Assembly (NCBI GenBank): GCA_030390025.1
Contig: CM059431.1
Location: forward strand, 159,218,001-159,282,000
Source of the DNA: Squalus acanthias
Lineage: Eukaryota
Reading direction: 5' to 3'
DNA length: 64,000 nucleotides
A model generated the notes under the pieces. The model had not been told where the DNA came from and ran no database searches. It was given only the letters and a program-made list of their open reading frames with translations. Each line of letters opens with the position of its first letter. Within the stretch, counting starts at the first letter, position 1. The position numbers and the translations under genes were made by a program. Positions 21,530 through 35,400 of the stretch are shown here, piece by piece.

Positions 21530-23062
21530 CCTTCAGCAAAGGCAATAGGCCTCGACAACATCCCGGCTATCGTGCTGAAGACTTGTGCTCCAGAACTAGC
21601 CGTGCCTCCAGGTAAGCTGTTCCAGTACAACTACAACACTGGCATTTGTACGACTGGAAAACTGCGCAAGTGTGTCCTGTCCACAAAAAGCAGGACAAAT
21701 CAAACTTGCCAATTACTGCCCCATCAGTCTACTGTCAATCAGGAGCAATCAGCTAGGCATCTTCGACCGTGCTATCAAGCAGCACTTAATGACCAATAAC
21801 CTGCTCACTGATGCCCAGTTTGGGTTCCGCAAAGACCACTCGCCTCCCAACCTCATTATAGCCTTTGTCCAAACATGGGCAAAAGAGCTAAATTCCAGAG
21901 GTGAGGTGAGAATGACTGCCCTTCACATCAAGGCAGTATTTGACCGAGTGTGGCATCAAGGACACTTACTCAAACTGAAGTCAATGGGAATCGGGGGGAA
22001 AACACTCCACTGGTTGGAGACATACCTAGCATAAAGGAAGATGGTTGTGGTGGTTGAAGGTCAATCATCACAGCCCAACGACATCGATGCAGGAGTTCCT
22101 CAGGGCAGAGACCGAGGACGAACCATTCTCAGCTGCTTCATCAATGAACTTCACTCCAACATAAGGTCAGAAATGGATATATTCGCTGACGAATGTACCA
22201 TGATCAGCGCCATTCACAACTCCTCAGGTAATGACGTTGTCCAGGCTAGCATGCAACAAGACCTGGGCTGATAAGTGGCAGCTTCGCTCCACAGAAGTGC
22301 CAGGCAATGACTATCTCCAACAAGCGAGAGTCGAACCACATCCATTGACATTCAACGACATTACCATCGCCGAATCCCCCACCATCAACATCCTGGGGTC
22401 ACCATTGACCAGAAACTTAACTGGACGAGCCACATAAATATTATGGCAATAAAAGCAGGTTAGAGGCTAGGTACTCTGAGTCGAGTGTCTCGCCTCCTAA
22501 CTCGCCAAATCCTTTCCACCATCTACAAGGAACAGGTAAGGATTGTGATGGAATAATCTCCACTTCCCTGGATGATTGCAGCTCCAACTAAACTCAAGAA
22601 GCTCTACACAATCCAGGACAAAGTTGCCCGCTTGATTGGCACCCCATCCATCAACTTAAACATTCGCTCCCTCCGCCACCGTCGTACCGTGGCTGCAGTC
22701 TGTGCCATCTACAAAATGCTCTGCAGGAATTCGCCAATAATTGTTCGGCAGCAACTCCCAAACCTGCGACCTCTTCCACGTAGAAGGACAAGGGCAGCAA
22801 GCGCAAGGGAACACCATCACCTCCAAGTTCCCCCCCAAGTCACACACCATCCTAACTTAGAAACATATTGCCGTTCGTTCATCGTCGCTGGGTCAAAATC
22901 CTGGAACTCCCTACCTAACAGCGCTGTGGGAGTACCTTCGCCACACCACCGACAGCAGCAGTTCAAGAAGGCAACTCATCATCAGCTTCTCAAGGTCAAT
23001 TAGGGATGGCCAATAAATTATGTCCTTGCCAGCGACGCCCAGAATCCCATTAACGAATAAAG
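21530..23062 (+). mobile_element. CR1-like LINE RT and 3' end nested in the L2
   Basis: AQFGFR, IKAVFDRVWH, GVPQG and IFADEC motifs; tail AGCGACGCCCAGAATCCCATTAACGAATAAA. Confidence 0.85.
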
Positions 23063-23089
23063 AAATGACCCCCACCACAACCCCACCTC

Positions 23090-23390
23090 CGAGATAAATA
23101 CGCTCCTATAATACTGCCCTCTTGAGCATCCCTGAATATATTCGCTCAACCACAGCTGGCGCTGCCTTCTGTTTCCTAGGCCCTAAGATCTGGAATTCCC
23201 TCCATAAACTTCCTTAAAACCTTCCTCGCTCCTTGAAACCTTCCTCTTTGACCATGCTTTTAGTCATCTGCCCTAATTTCTCCTCATGTTGCTTGGTGTC
23301 AATTGTTTGTCATATAATACACCTGTGAAGCGCGTTGGGACGCTTTACTACGTTAGAAGCGCTATATAAATACAAGTTGGTGTTGTTGAT
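23090..23390 (+). mobile_element. 3' end of the same L2
   Basis: GTGAAGCGCGTTGGGACG...GCGCTATATAAATACAAGTTGGTGTTGTTG tail. Confidence 0.8.
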
Positions 23391-24259
23391 CTCCACCACG
23401 GAGTTCCAGATAGGCTGCCGTCGGCCAGGACTCCGCAATTGGAGTGCCCATTGGTGAGATTTACTCACACAGTGCAGGCGAAAACCAACCTTATTCCTGA
23501 GGTGGAGAACATTCTGCAGGGAAATATGGAGCGGTTGATCATTGATGAATTAAATGATCATTCACACGGTTTTACAGTCTGGTGGTCTAATATATTTACT
23601 CACAGATTTTGTTTAATAATTCGGATTTGCTGAACGTTGACATTAAATTCTGCTAGTTTATGAGTATGATATCTCTCCACACACAATATACAGCTGGGTG
23701 TGATGTCTTCTGTCTCTATGGGCAGTGACATTGTCCATGTGTTCATGGAGATGTGTCCTGGTTGTTGCTTCTATTTGAATATATTGACCATATCTCTCAT
23801 GGTGTCAGCACCTGACTGATGAGCACTTTAGGAGGTGAGGACGTTTACCGCTGATCCACTAATATTAACATTAATGAATAATGTTAATAATCCTGTAACT
23901 TTAAACAGTGAGGCGATGCACAACATTGATTTCTGGAATATATTTAGGTGTCTGACAATCTCAGATTTGAATAAATATACAAGTGGTAGATTTGACTGCT
24001 ATTTTACAATCACAATTCTTCACTTGTGCACGTATCTCGATGTGTGTGTGCGCCCACACACGTATGTACAATAAAACTATTAGCCGCGTCCTATCTTTTC
24101 CCAACTGCGGAAATGTAGTTTCAGTCTCGGCTCAGTAATTTCTCGAAAATATAGTTGAATTTATTTTCCGGAATTAATTGAGAACTAATTTTGAAATCTT
24201 ATAATATTCATTTTTCTGCTTTTTCATACCTAGTATAATAAACACAACAGTCACAAAAA

Positions 24260-25630
24260 TAACTTGCCTTTACACAGCGCTTTAAACATCGACAAACATC
24301 CCACGGTGCTTCACAGGAGCCGAATCAGATAAAAGATTGGTGCTGAAGAAAGGAGCTAGAAGGTGGAGTGGTCCAAAATGTTGGTAAAATAAATCGGGTT
24401 TAGGAGCATCTTAGTAGGAGTGGAAGAAGCTGGAGAGCGTTAGGTGGGGGATTTCAGATAAGAGAACCCGGACAGCCGAGATCACATTCGCCATAGATGT
24501 GCTGAGGAGATGGAGAAATGCACTCGCGCCCAGAGCCGGAGGAATAGAGAGACCTTGGTGCTGGTGACTTGTACGGCTGAAGGATGTGTCAGAGACAGGA
24601 AGGAAAAGGACCATGAAGGGATTTAAACGAGGATGCGAATGTTAATTTGGAGGTACTGGGGGACCGGGAGCCAATGTAGGTTCGCAAGGACAGGTGTGAT
24701 CGGTGAACAGCATTTTGGATCCACCCAAGTTTACGGAGAGTAAAATGACAAAGCCGACCCGGAGAGCACTAGAAATATCGAGTCTACAGGTGATCAAAGC
24801 AAGGATGAGGATTTCAGCAGCAGATGGACTGAAGCAGGGATAAAGATGGGTGATGTTACGGAGGTGGAAGCAGGCGGTGTTTGTGATGGAGAGAATATCG
24901 GGTCGGAAGCTCAGCTTGTCGTCATATAGAACGCTGAGGTTGTAAACAGTCTGGTTCAATCGGAGACACTAGATGGACGGGGATGGAATCACCACAAGGG
25001 AAAACAATTTGTGGCGGGGGTCGAAGACCATGTCTTCGGTCTTACCAATGTTTATTTGGAGAAACGTGTAGCATATCTCAGACAGGCTGTCGGACAAGCA
25101 GCGTGAGAAAGCAGAGTCAGTGCAGGTGGCGGGAGAGGTGGTGTAGAGGTGGAGAAGATAATTGTTGGCGTACATGTGAAAGCTGATCACTTGTCTTCGG
25201 ATAATGTCTCCAATGTGCAGCATGCAGATGAGAAATAAGAGGGGGAGAGAGGGGATCTACGGGAGTCTCCAGGGTAACAGTGCGGCAGAGGAAAGTGAAG
25301 CCCTTGATGAAAATTCTCTGGGTAAGACTGGATGGTTAAAAGTGAACCCAAGCAATGACAGTCCCACTGTGCTGGACAACGGAGGAGAGGCGGTGGAGGA
25401 TGTTGTGCTGGACCGTGTAAACGCTGCAGAGGTCAAGAAAAATGAGGGGGGATAATTTACCACTTTCGCAGGCATAGAACGTTTCATTTCTGACTTTTAT
25501 TATTGTCAGTTCAGTGTCAGGAGCAGAAACTCGATTGGAGAGATTCAAATATGAAGTTGTGAGAAAGATGGGCAGAGATTCGTGAGGCGACAAAACATTG
25601 AGGGGAAAGGGAGGCTGGAGATGGAGATAC
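24260..25630 (-). mobile_element. Degenerate L2 fragment (RT to 3' end)
   Basis: Minus-strand ORFs with LIFLDLCS, FHMYANNYLL and ACFHLRNI. Confidence 0.85.
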
Positions 25631-25689
25631 ACATGTCTAACTCTTCAGCCACGTGGAAAACTGTGTGCATCCCTTGGATCAATCTCTCT

Positions 25690-26790
25690 CACAGAGTCAT
25701 AGAGTTATACAGCACAGTAAGAGGCCTTTCGGGACCGCGCTGCCATCATGCCCTGTCTATTTGAATCCCATTTTCCAGACTTGGTCCGTAGCCTTTTAAG
25801 CTATGGCGTTTCAAGTGCTCATCTAAATGTTTCTTGAATGTTGTGAGGGTTCCTCCCTCTGCCACCCTTTCAGGCAGTGAGTTCCAGATTCCAACCACCC
25901 TCTGGGTGAAAATGTTTTTCCTCAAATTCCCTCTAAACCTCCTGCCCCTTACTTTGAAACTATGCCCCCTGGTTATTGACCACTCTACTAAGTGAAAAGT
26001 TCCATTCAATCTACCCTAGCTATGCCCCTCATAATTTTGTACACCTCAATCAGGTATCCCCTCAGTCTTATCTGCTCTAAGGAAAACAACCGCAGCCTGT
26101 CCAGTTTCTAGCTGAAGCGCTGCAGCCCAGGTAACATCCTGGTGAGTCTCCTCTGCACCCTCTCCAATGCAATCACATCCTTCCTATAGTGTGGCGACCA
26201 GAACTGCACACAGTATTCCAGCTGTGGCCTAACTAGCGTTTTGCACAGCTCCATCATAACCTCCTTGCTCTTAAATTCTATGCCTCGGCTAATGAAGGCA
26301 AGTATCCCATATGCCTTGTTAACCACCTTATCTACCTGTCGTGCTTCCTTCAGAGATCTATGTACATGCACACCACGGTCCCTCTGATCCTCTGTCCTTC
26401 CTAGGGTCCTACCATTCATTGTTTATTCCCTTGCCTTGTTAGTCCTCCCAAAATTCATCACCTCACTCTTTTCAGGGTTAAGTTCCATTTGCCACTGTTC
26501 TGACCATTTGATCAACCCGTCTATAGTGTCCTGTAGCCTGAGGCTTCCCTCCTCGCTATTTACCACCCCATCATTTTTCGTGTCATCTGCAAACTTACTG
26601 ATCATACCTCCTACATTCATATCTAAATCATTAATGTACACTACAAACAGCAAAGGACCCAACACCGATCCCTGCAGTACACTACTGGACACAGGCTTCC
26701 AGTCACAAAAACAACTTTCGACCATCAAGCTCTGCCTCCAGAAACGAAGCCAATTTTGGATCCAATGTGCCAAATTGCCCTGGATACTCT
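25690..26790 (-). mobile_element. CR1 LINE 3' fragment
   Basis: [19 protein letters not shown] and LVRPQLEYCVQFWSP motifs. Confidence 0.93.
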
Positions 26791-26794
26791 GAAA

Positions 26795-26900
26795 TAGAGA
26801 GGTCGCACAACACCAGGTTATAGTCCAACAGTTTTATTTTAAATCACAAGCTTTCGGAGTTACAACTCCTTCGTCAGGTGAACTGAGGAGATACAGAATC
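26795..26900 (-). mobile_element. Penelope-like element terminal (pLTR-type) fragment
   Basis: Short segment carrying a hammerhead motif followed by AATAAAACTGTTGGACTATAACCTGGTG. Confidence 0.65.
26844..26881 (-). ncRNA. Minimal type I hammerhead ribozyme
   Basis: Minus strand TCAC-CTGACGA-A-GGAG-TTGTAA-CTCC-GAAA-GCTT-GTGA: intact CUGANGA/GAAA core, stems I and II, palindromic AAGCTT helix III. Confidence 0.8.
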
Positions 26901-27559
26901 GTCAAAGCGTATATAGATAGAGAACAATGCATGTGTAACTTACAATGCGATTCCACCTCATTGTCTCAGTTGTATCTTGCTATGTCTTTGATGTGGTACC
27001 TTCCTGGCTGACCTGATTAACTTTATCACACCTCGGCAGATAAACAGTCAGGATGATTGAATTCAGTTGTCTGCAACACAGACTACTCTGAAATACACAT
27101 GTCTCATTTGGCGTTTAATGGTATCAGGCATTGTTAAACTCATTTTACTTTGACAAAACATTCCACGTGTTCTGGCTGGGCAACTGGAATCTCCCATTTG
27201 AAGCGGAGGGGTTTGTGTGCTGCAGGTTACAGAATTATTACAAAGCTTCCGATATTCTCCTTTTACAAAACTGCTTCAGAAAATGCAGCGCCGTCACTTC
27301 CCTTTTTTAATACAGAGAATTGCATAGAATGTACAGCTCAGAAACAGTCCATTCGCTCAACTGGTTCATGCCTGTGTTTATACTCCACCTGAACCTCCTC
27401 CCGTCCCTGTTTATCTAACCCTATCAGCAGAATCTTCCAATTCCTTTCTTCCTCTTGCTTAACTATATTATCCTCAAATACATCTTTTCTTTGCAGTGAG
27501 GTTCGGTAACCTCGAGCTTGCCACCCATTGACCCTGTGTAGTTCAAGTGCATTTGTTCA

Positions 27560-30010
27560 TCCATCCCACTGACACAGCCAAACATCGAAGCCCCACTGGC
27601 ACAGCCCCACACCCCACTGAACACCCCAAACCCCACTGACCCAGCCCCACACCCCACTGACCCACCCCACAACCCACTGATCAAGCCCCACACCCCCTGA
27701 CCCAGCACCGCACAGCACTGTTCAAGACCCCACAAACCACGGAAACAGCCTCACTCTGCCATTCCAGTGAACCTTCCTCAACCCCCACCGACCCAGCCCC
27801 GTCTACCCAGCGAACTAGCCCCGCCCATCAGCAATACATCCCCACCTCCAACTGACCCAGCCACCCTACCCACTCAGTTCCGCACCCTCATCAAATCATC
27901 CCCAAACCCCACCGACCAGAACCGTCTACCAAACGACCCAGCCCCGAACCCCTCAGCAAATCAACACCACCCCCCAACGACCCAGCCCAGTATTCCCACC
28001 GACCCAGCCCCGTCTACCAACCAAACCAGCCCCGCAAATTCAGCAATCAATCCTCGCCCCCGCCCGAAACATCCCCGCCACACCACCGACCCAGCCCCGC
28101 ACCCTCAGCAATCGTTCCCCACAACCCACCGACCCAGCCCCGCATACTCAATGACCCAGCCCCGCCCCCTCATCAATCGATCCCCACACACCACCGACCC
28201 AGCCCCGCATACTCAATGACCCAGCCCCGCCACCTCAGAAATCGATCCCCGGACCCCACCGACCCAGCCCCGCATACTCAATGATCCAGCCCCGCCCACT
28301 CAGCAATCCAACACCAACACCCACCGACCCAGCCCAGTATTCCCACCGACCCAGCCCCGTCTACCAACCAAACCAGCACCGCAATCAGCAATCAATCCCC
28401 GCCCCCGCCCGAAACATCCCCGCCACACCACCGACCCAGCCCCGCCCCCTCAGCAATCGATCCCCACACCCCACGGACCCAGACCCGCATACTCAATGAC
28501 CCAGCCCCGCCCCCTCAGCAATCGATCGCCACACCCCACTGACCCAGCCCCGCATACTCAATGACCCAGCCCCGCCCCCTCAGAAATCGATTCCCACACC
28601 CCACCGACCCAGCCCCGCATACTCAATGACCCAGCCCCGCCCCCTCAGCAATCCAGCACCAACACCCACCGACCCAGCCCCGTCTAACCACCGACAAAGC
28701 CCCGCCCCCTCAGCGATTCCATTCGCGCCCCTCACCGACACAGACGCACCGCGAACAAACTCTCCCCACCGCACCCGACCCAGCCCCGCCCCCTACCGTA
28801 CCAGCCCCGCCCCGTCAGCAACTCATCCACACCACCCACCGACACAGCCCCGCCTCCCACACCGAGAAAGCCCCCCCCCTCAGCAATCCATTCCCACCCC
28901 ACACCTCCCCAGCCCCACCCCCACAGACCCAACCCCACCCACACACCGACCCGGACCGGCCCCCTCGACAAATAATCACCAGCCCCCACCGACGCAGCCC
29001 CATCTACTCACCGAACCCAACCTTCCCCCACAGCAAATCATCCCCAGACCGTGCCGAACAACCCCTTCCAGCCACCGACCCAGCCACGACCCAAGCAATT
29101 CAGGCCCACGCCTCACCGACCGAGCTCCGCCCCCCCACAGACCCAACCACGCCTCCTCAGCAATACATTCCCAACCCCTACCGACCCAAGCTCACACCCC
29201 ACCGACAGTAATCAATCCCCACCCCGCAACGCCCCAGCCACGCCCCACACCGAATCAGCCCCGCCCCCTTAGTCATCCATCACCAAACCCCACCGACCCA
29301 GTCCAGCCTCCCACCCACTCAGCCCCGCCACCCCACTGACCCCCCAACCGAACCCTCAGTAATCCATCCTCACCCATCTCCGACACCACAGATATCCATT
29401 TCCACCCCCAACCGACTCAGATCAATCTAACAACCGACCCAGCCCAGCACCCTCAGAAAACAATCCCCGCCTCCCCACAGACCCAGCCCCGCCCTTTTTA
29501 GCAATCCAACCCCGCCCAACCACCGACCAGCCCCGTCTACCAACCGACCCAGCCCCGTCCCCTCAGAAAACAATCCCCCGGCCCCCCAACGACCCAGCCC
29601 CGCTCTTTCAGCAATCCAACCCCGGCCCAACACCGACCCAGCCCCGTCTACCTACCGACCCAGCTCCGCCCCCTCAAAAAAAATCCCCCGCCGCTCAACC
29701 GACCCAACCCCGCCCTTTCAGCAAACCAACCCCGTCCCACCACCGACCCAGCCCCTTCTACCCACCGACCCAGCCCCGCCCCCTCAGAAAACAAACCCCC
29801 GGCCCCCAAACGACCCAGCCATGCCCTTTCAGCAATGCAACTCCGCCCCACCACCGACCCATCCCCCTCTACCCACCGACCCAGCCCCGCCCCCTCAGAA
29901 AACAATCCCCCGCCGCTCAACCGACCCAGCCCCGCCCTTTCAGCAAACCAACCCCGCCCCACCACCGACCCAGCCCCGTCTACCCACTGACCCAGCCCCA
30001 CCCCCGCAGC
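27560..30010. repeat. C-rich degenerate minisatellite (core CCCCACCGACCCAGCCCCG)
   Basis: Dozens of GACCCAGCCCCG motifs; ~60-70 bp higher-order units (28100-28650); starts with ~21-bp CCCACTGACCCAGCCCCACAC-type units. Confidence 0.95.
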
Positions 30011-30039
30011 AATGACACTTTAACGTTAAGAGACCCTGC

Positions 30040-30830
30040 CTGTTCAACCGTTCCGGATTGGTATAAGCTCGCAGTTTTGGTAGCATCCTTGTAAATCTTT
30101 CTTGCACCTACTCCAGTGCCTCTATATGCTTTTTCTATGATATGGCCAGAACTGTACACAGTACTCCAAGTTTGCTCGAACCAAGTTTCGATAAAAGTTT
30201 AGCATAACTTCTCTACTTTCCAATTCTATCCCTCTACAAATAAACCCCTGTGATTGGTTGCTTTTCTTATGGCCTTATTGACCTGCATCGTAACTTTTAA
30301 TGATTTGTGTATTGCTACTCCGATATCCCTTTCCTCCTCTGCCCCATATAGATTCTTATTTTCGAAAAAATATGAGACGTCTTAGTTTTCTTACCTAAAT
30401 ATAATACATCACACTAATCTATGTTGGAATTCATTTGCCAAATATATGCCCATCCTACAAGTTTATTCATGTCTTCTTTTAATTTCTTGAAGTCCTCCTC
30501 AGTATTGACTTTCCCTCTCAATTTGATGTTGTCTACAAATTTAGAAAATGTGTTTTTGATTCCAAAGTCTAAATCGTGAAATAAATTGTGAACAACAGTG
30601 GTCCCAGCATTGATCCTTGTGGAACCCCACTATCCACCTTCTGCCACTCTGAATAGCTACCCTTTACCCTTACCCTCTGATTTCTCTCTTGCAGCCACCT
30701 CGCTATCCATTCTGCTACGTGTTCCACGACTCCGCATGCACTCACCTTATTCATTAGATTATTATGTGATACCATATCAAAGGCATTTTATAAATATAGA
30801 TATATTACTACTACTACCTTACCCCTATCT
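30040..30830 (-). mobile_element. Old CR1 RT fragment
   Basis: SGVPQGSMLGPLLFTIY in ORF 30569-30775. Confidence 0.85.
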
Positions 30831-30837
30831 ACAAAGT

Positions 30838-32145
30838 GCATACGAAACAGGAGCAGGAGTAGGCCTACCGGCCCTATCGGCATGCTCAGACATTCAATTA
30901 AGTCATGCCTGATCATCGACCGCAGTTCCACTTTCCCGCCCCATCTTTTTATCCCTTGATTCCCCAAGATTCCAAAAATCTATGTCTCTCAGCCTTCCCA
31001 TCATTGGGAACATCCTCACCGCGTCCACCCAATCAAGCCCCTTCACAATCTTATATGTTTCAATAAGCTCGCCTCTCATTCTTCTGAACTCCAATGAGTA
31101 GAATCCCAATCTACTCAACATCTCCTCGTATGTCCACCCCCTCATCCCCGGAATTAACCGAGTGAACCTTCATTGTACTGCCTCGAGAGGAAGTATGTCT
31201 TTTCTTAAGTATGGACACCATAACTGTATGCAGTACTCCAGATGCGGACTCACCAATACCCTATACAACTGCAGCAATACCGCCCTGTTTTTATATTCTA
31301 TCTCCCTAGCAATAAAAGCCAACATTCCATTGGCTTTCTTGATCACCTGCTGCACCTGCATACTAACTTTTTGATGTTCTTGCACCAAGACCCCCAGATC
31401 CCTTTGTACTGCAGTACTTTCCAGTTTCTCGCCATTAAGATAATAACTTGCTCTCTGATTTTTCCTGCGAAAGTGCATAACCTCACATTTTCCAATATTG
31501 TATTGCATCTGCCAAATCTCTGCCCACTCACCCAGCCTGTCTATATCCCCTTGTAGGTTTTTTATGTCCTTCTCACTCTCTACTTTCCCTCCCATCTTTG
31601 TATCATCTGCAAACTTTGATATGTTACACTCGGTCCCCTCCTCCAAATCGTTAATATAGATTGTAAAGAGTTGGGGACCCAGCACCGACCCCTGCGGAAC
31701 ACCACTTGCTACTGGTTGCCAGTCCGAGAATGAACCATTTATCCCAACTCTCTGCTTTCAGTTTAGATAACCAATCTTCCACCCATGCCAGAATATTACC
31801 CCCAATCCAGTGATTTTTTATCTTGAGTAATAATCTTTTATGTGGCACCTTGTCGAAAGCCTTCTGGAAGTCTAAATACACTACATCCACTGGTTCCCCT
31901 TTATCCACTCTGTACGTTATGTCCTCAAAGAACTCGAGAAAATTTGTCAGACATGACTTCCCCTTCATAAAGCCATGCTGACTTTGTCCTATTAAATTAT
32001 GTTTATCTAAATGTTCCGTTACTGTCTCCTTAATAATAGACTCCAAAATTTTACCCACCACAGATGTTAGGCTAACTGGTCTATAATTTCCAGCCTTCTG
32101 CCTACAACCCTTTTTAAATAAGGGTGTTACATTAGCAGTTTCTCT
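30838..32145 (-). mobile_element. CR1 fragment (RT to 3' UTR)
   Basis: NYRPVSLTS, YLDFQKAFDKVPH and ISKFADDTK; same subfamily as 6919-7654. Confidence 0.93.
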
Positions 32146-32459
32146 CAATTTTAAAAGAAATCTGTTTTTCTATTCTACAGAACACAGTGAAAAACCTCAC
32201 ATTTCCCTACATTATAATCCATTTGCCACCCTACTGCCCAGTCAATCAGTCTATCTATGTCACTTTGCAGACTCTTTTTCTTCTCCTCACTACTTACAGT
32301 CCCAGCTTGCTTTGCATCAGCAGCAGTCCTTTGAAATCCCAGGCCCTGTCCTATAGATACTAAATCACATCTTTCATGCCTCTGACATTCCAAGTGTCTT
32401 TGGAATGACTTGTACATTTACAGGCACAACAGTCAATCCTAAATCCAATTCTTTGGATT

Positions 32460-35400
32460 AGAGTCATAGAGTTATACAGCACAAAAAGATGCCCTTCGGC
32501 CATCGTGCCTTCGCCCGCCATCAAGCCCTGTCTATTCTAAACCCCATTTTCCAGCACTTGGTCCCTAGCCTTGTATGCTATGGCGTTTCAAGTGATCATC
32601 TAAATGCTTCTTGAATGTTGTGAGGGTTACTGCCTCTACCAACCTTTCAGGCAGTGAACTCCAAATTCCAACCACCCTCTGGGTGAAAAAGGTTTTCCTC
32701 AAATCCCCTCTAAACCCCCTGCGACTTACGTTGAAACTGTGGCATCTGGTTATTGATCCCTCTTCTAACGGGAAACGTTCCTTTCTATATACCCTATCTA
32801 TTCCCCTTTTAATTTTGTACACCTCAATCAGGTCCCACCTCAGCCTTCGCTGCTCTAAGGAAAATAAACCCAGCCAGTCCAGGCTCTCTTCATAGCTAAA
32901 GCGCTCCGGCCCAATTAACATTGGGCAACACGGTGGCATAGTGGTTAGCACTGCTGCCTCACAGCGCCAGAGACCCGGCTTCGAATCTGACCTCGGGTGA
33001 CTGTCAGTGTGGAGTTTGCACATTCTCCCCGTGTCTGCGTGGGTTTCCTCCGGATGCTCCGGTTTCCTCCCACAGTCCAAAAATGTGCGGGTTAGGTTGA
33101 TTTGGCTATGATAAATTGATCCTTAGTGTCAAGGGGGGATTAAATACGTGGGGTTACGGGGGTAGGGTGTGATATGTGTACTGTGGGGATTAAAGCAGGG
33201 ACAGGGTACTGGATTTGGATGATCAGCCATGATCGTATTGAATGGTGGAGCAGGCTCGACGGGCCGAATGGCCTGCTCCTAGATTCTATGTTTATATTAA
33301 CATCCTGGTGAATCTCCTCTGCACCCTTTCCAAAGCAATCACGTCCTTCCTGCAGTGTGGCGACCAGAACTGCCCACAGTATTCCAGCTGTGGTCTAACT
33401 AACGTTTTGTACAGTTCCATCATAACATTCCTGCTTTTATATTCTATGCCTCGGCTAATGAAGGCAAGTATCCCATATGCCTTTTAAACCACCTTATCTA
33501 ACTGTCCTCCTGCCTTCAGAGATCTATGTATAGGCACACTAAGGTCCCTCTGATCCTCTGTTCTTCCTACGGTCCTACCAATCATTATGTATACCCTTGC
33601 CTTCTTAGTCCTACCTAAATGCATCACCCCTCACACCTTTCAGGCTTAAATTCCATTTGCCACTGTTCTGCACATCTGACCAAACCGTCTATATCGTCCT
33701 GTAGCCTGAGGCTTCACTCCTCGCTATTTACCACTCCAGCAATTTTCGTGTCATCTGCGAACTTACTGATCATACCTCCAACATACATATCTAAATCATT
33801 AATGTGCACTACAAATAGCAAGGGACCCAGCACCGAACCCTGCGGTACACCACTGGACACAGGCCTCCAGTCACAAAAACAAAATTCGACCTCACCCTCT
33901 GCCTCCTGCCACTAAGCCAATTTTGGATCCTATATGCCAAATTGCCCTAGATCCCATGGGCTCTTAACTTCTTGACCAGTCTCCCATGCGGGGCTTTGTC
34001 AAAAGCCTTACTGAAGTCCATGTAGACTGCATCAACTGCACAACTCTCATCTGCACACCTAGTTACCCCACGAAAATTCAATCAAATTGGTTAGACATGA
34101 TCACCCCCTGACAAAGCCATGCTGACTATCTTTGATTAATTATTGCCTCTCGAAGTGAAGAATAATTCTGTCACTCAGAATTGTTTCCAATAATTTCCCT
34201 ACCACTGATGTTAGGCTCACTGGTCTGCAGTTCGCCGCTTTATCCCTTCTACCCTTACTGAATAATGGAACTACGTTAGCTGACCTCCAGCACACTGGCA
34301 CCTCCCCTGTGGCCAGAGAGTTTCTGAAAATTTGTGTCAGATCCCCTGCAATCTCCTCCCTTGCCTCACACAGCATCCTGGGATACATATCGTCTGGGCC
34401 TGAGGATTTATCCATATTTAAGCCGACTAAAACCGCTTTTGCCTCCTCCCTCTCAATGATAATTTGTTCAAGTATATCACATCACCCCTGCCTGATTTAT
34501 ATGCCTACTTCGTCCTTCTCTATAATGAACACAGGTGCTGAATATTCATTTAAAAACACACCTACATCTCTCCGGCCCTGCACACAGATTGCCACTTTTG
34601 TCTCTAAGAGGCCCTACTCTTTCCCTGGTTATCCTCTTGCCCTTAATATACTTAGAAAACACCTTGGGATATTCCTTTAGTTTGGACACCAGTGTTTATT
34701 ATTGACCCCTCTTCGCACTCCTAATTTCTTTCTTAAGTACCTTCTGCACATTCTATACTCCTCTAGGGCTTCCACAGTTTTTGGTCCTTTTTTTCCTAAA
34801 TCCATTCTTGTATATCCCTTGACTTCCAGGGTTCCCTGGCGTTGTTGGTCCCACCCTTGACCATTACGGGAACATGTTGGAGCTGTACTCTCTCTATTTC
34901 TTTTCTGAATATCTCCCACTGCACTGATATGGATTTTCCTACAAGTTGCTGATCCCAGTCCACTTTGGCCAGATCCTCCCTTATCATATTAAAATCGGGC
35001 TTCCCCCAATTTAGAACCTTTATCTCCGGTCTATCTTTGTCCATTTCCATGACTACATTAAATCTCACCGAATTACGGTCACTGTCACCAAAATGCTCTC
35101 CGACTGACACTTCTACCACTTACACCGCTACATTCCCTAGAATTAGTTCTAGTATACCGCACCCTCTCTTGTAGGACTTTCTACAAGCTGGCTCAAAAAA
35201 CTCTCCTGGATGCACTTTAAGAATTCTGCACCCTCTAAGCCTTTCACACTCTGACTAGCCCAGTTAATATTGGGGAAGTTGAAATCCCCTACTATTATTA
35301 CCCTATTATATCTACACTTCTCTGAGATTTGCCTATATATCTGTTCCTCTATCGCCCCAGAATGTTTGGGGGCCTATTGTACACTCCTAGGAAAGCGCTT

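Noticed and set aside
27767..30015. Pro-rich and Gly-rich ORFs
   Set aside because: Translation by-products of the C-rich minisatellite.
32923..33000. tRNA gene
   Set aside because: It is the tRNA-derived head of a TSD-flanked SINE.
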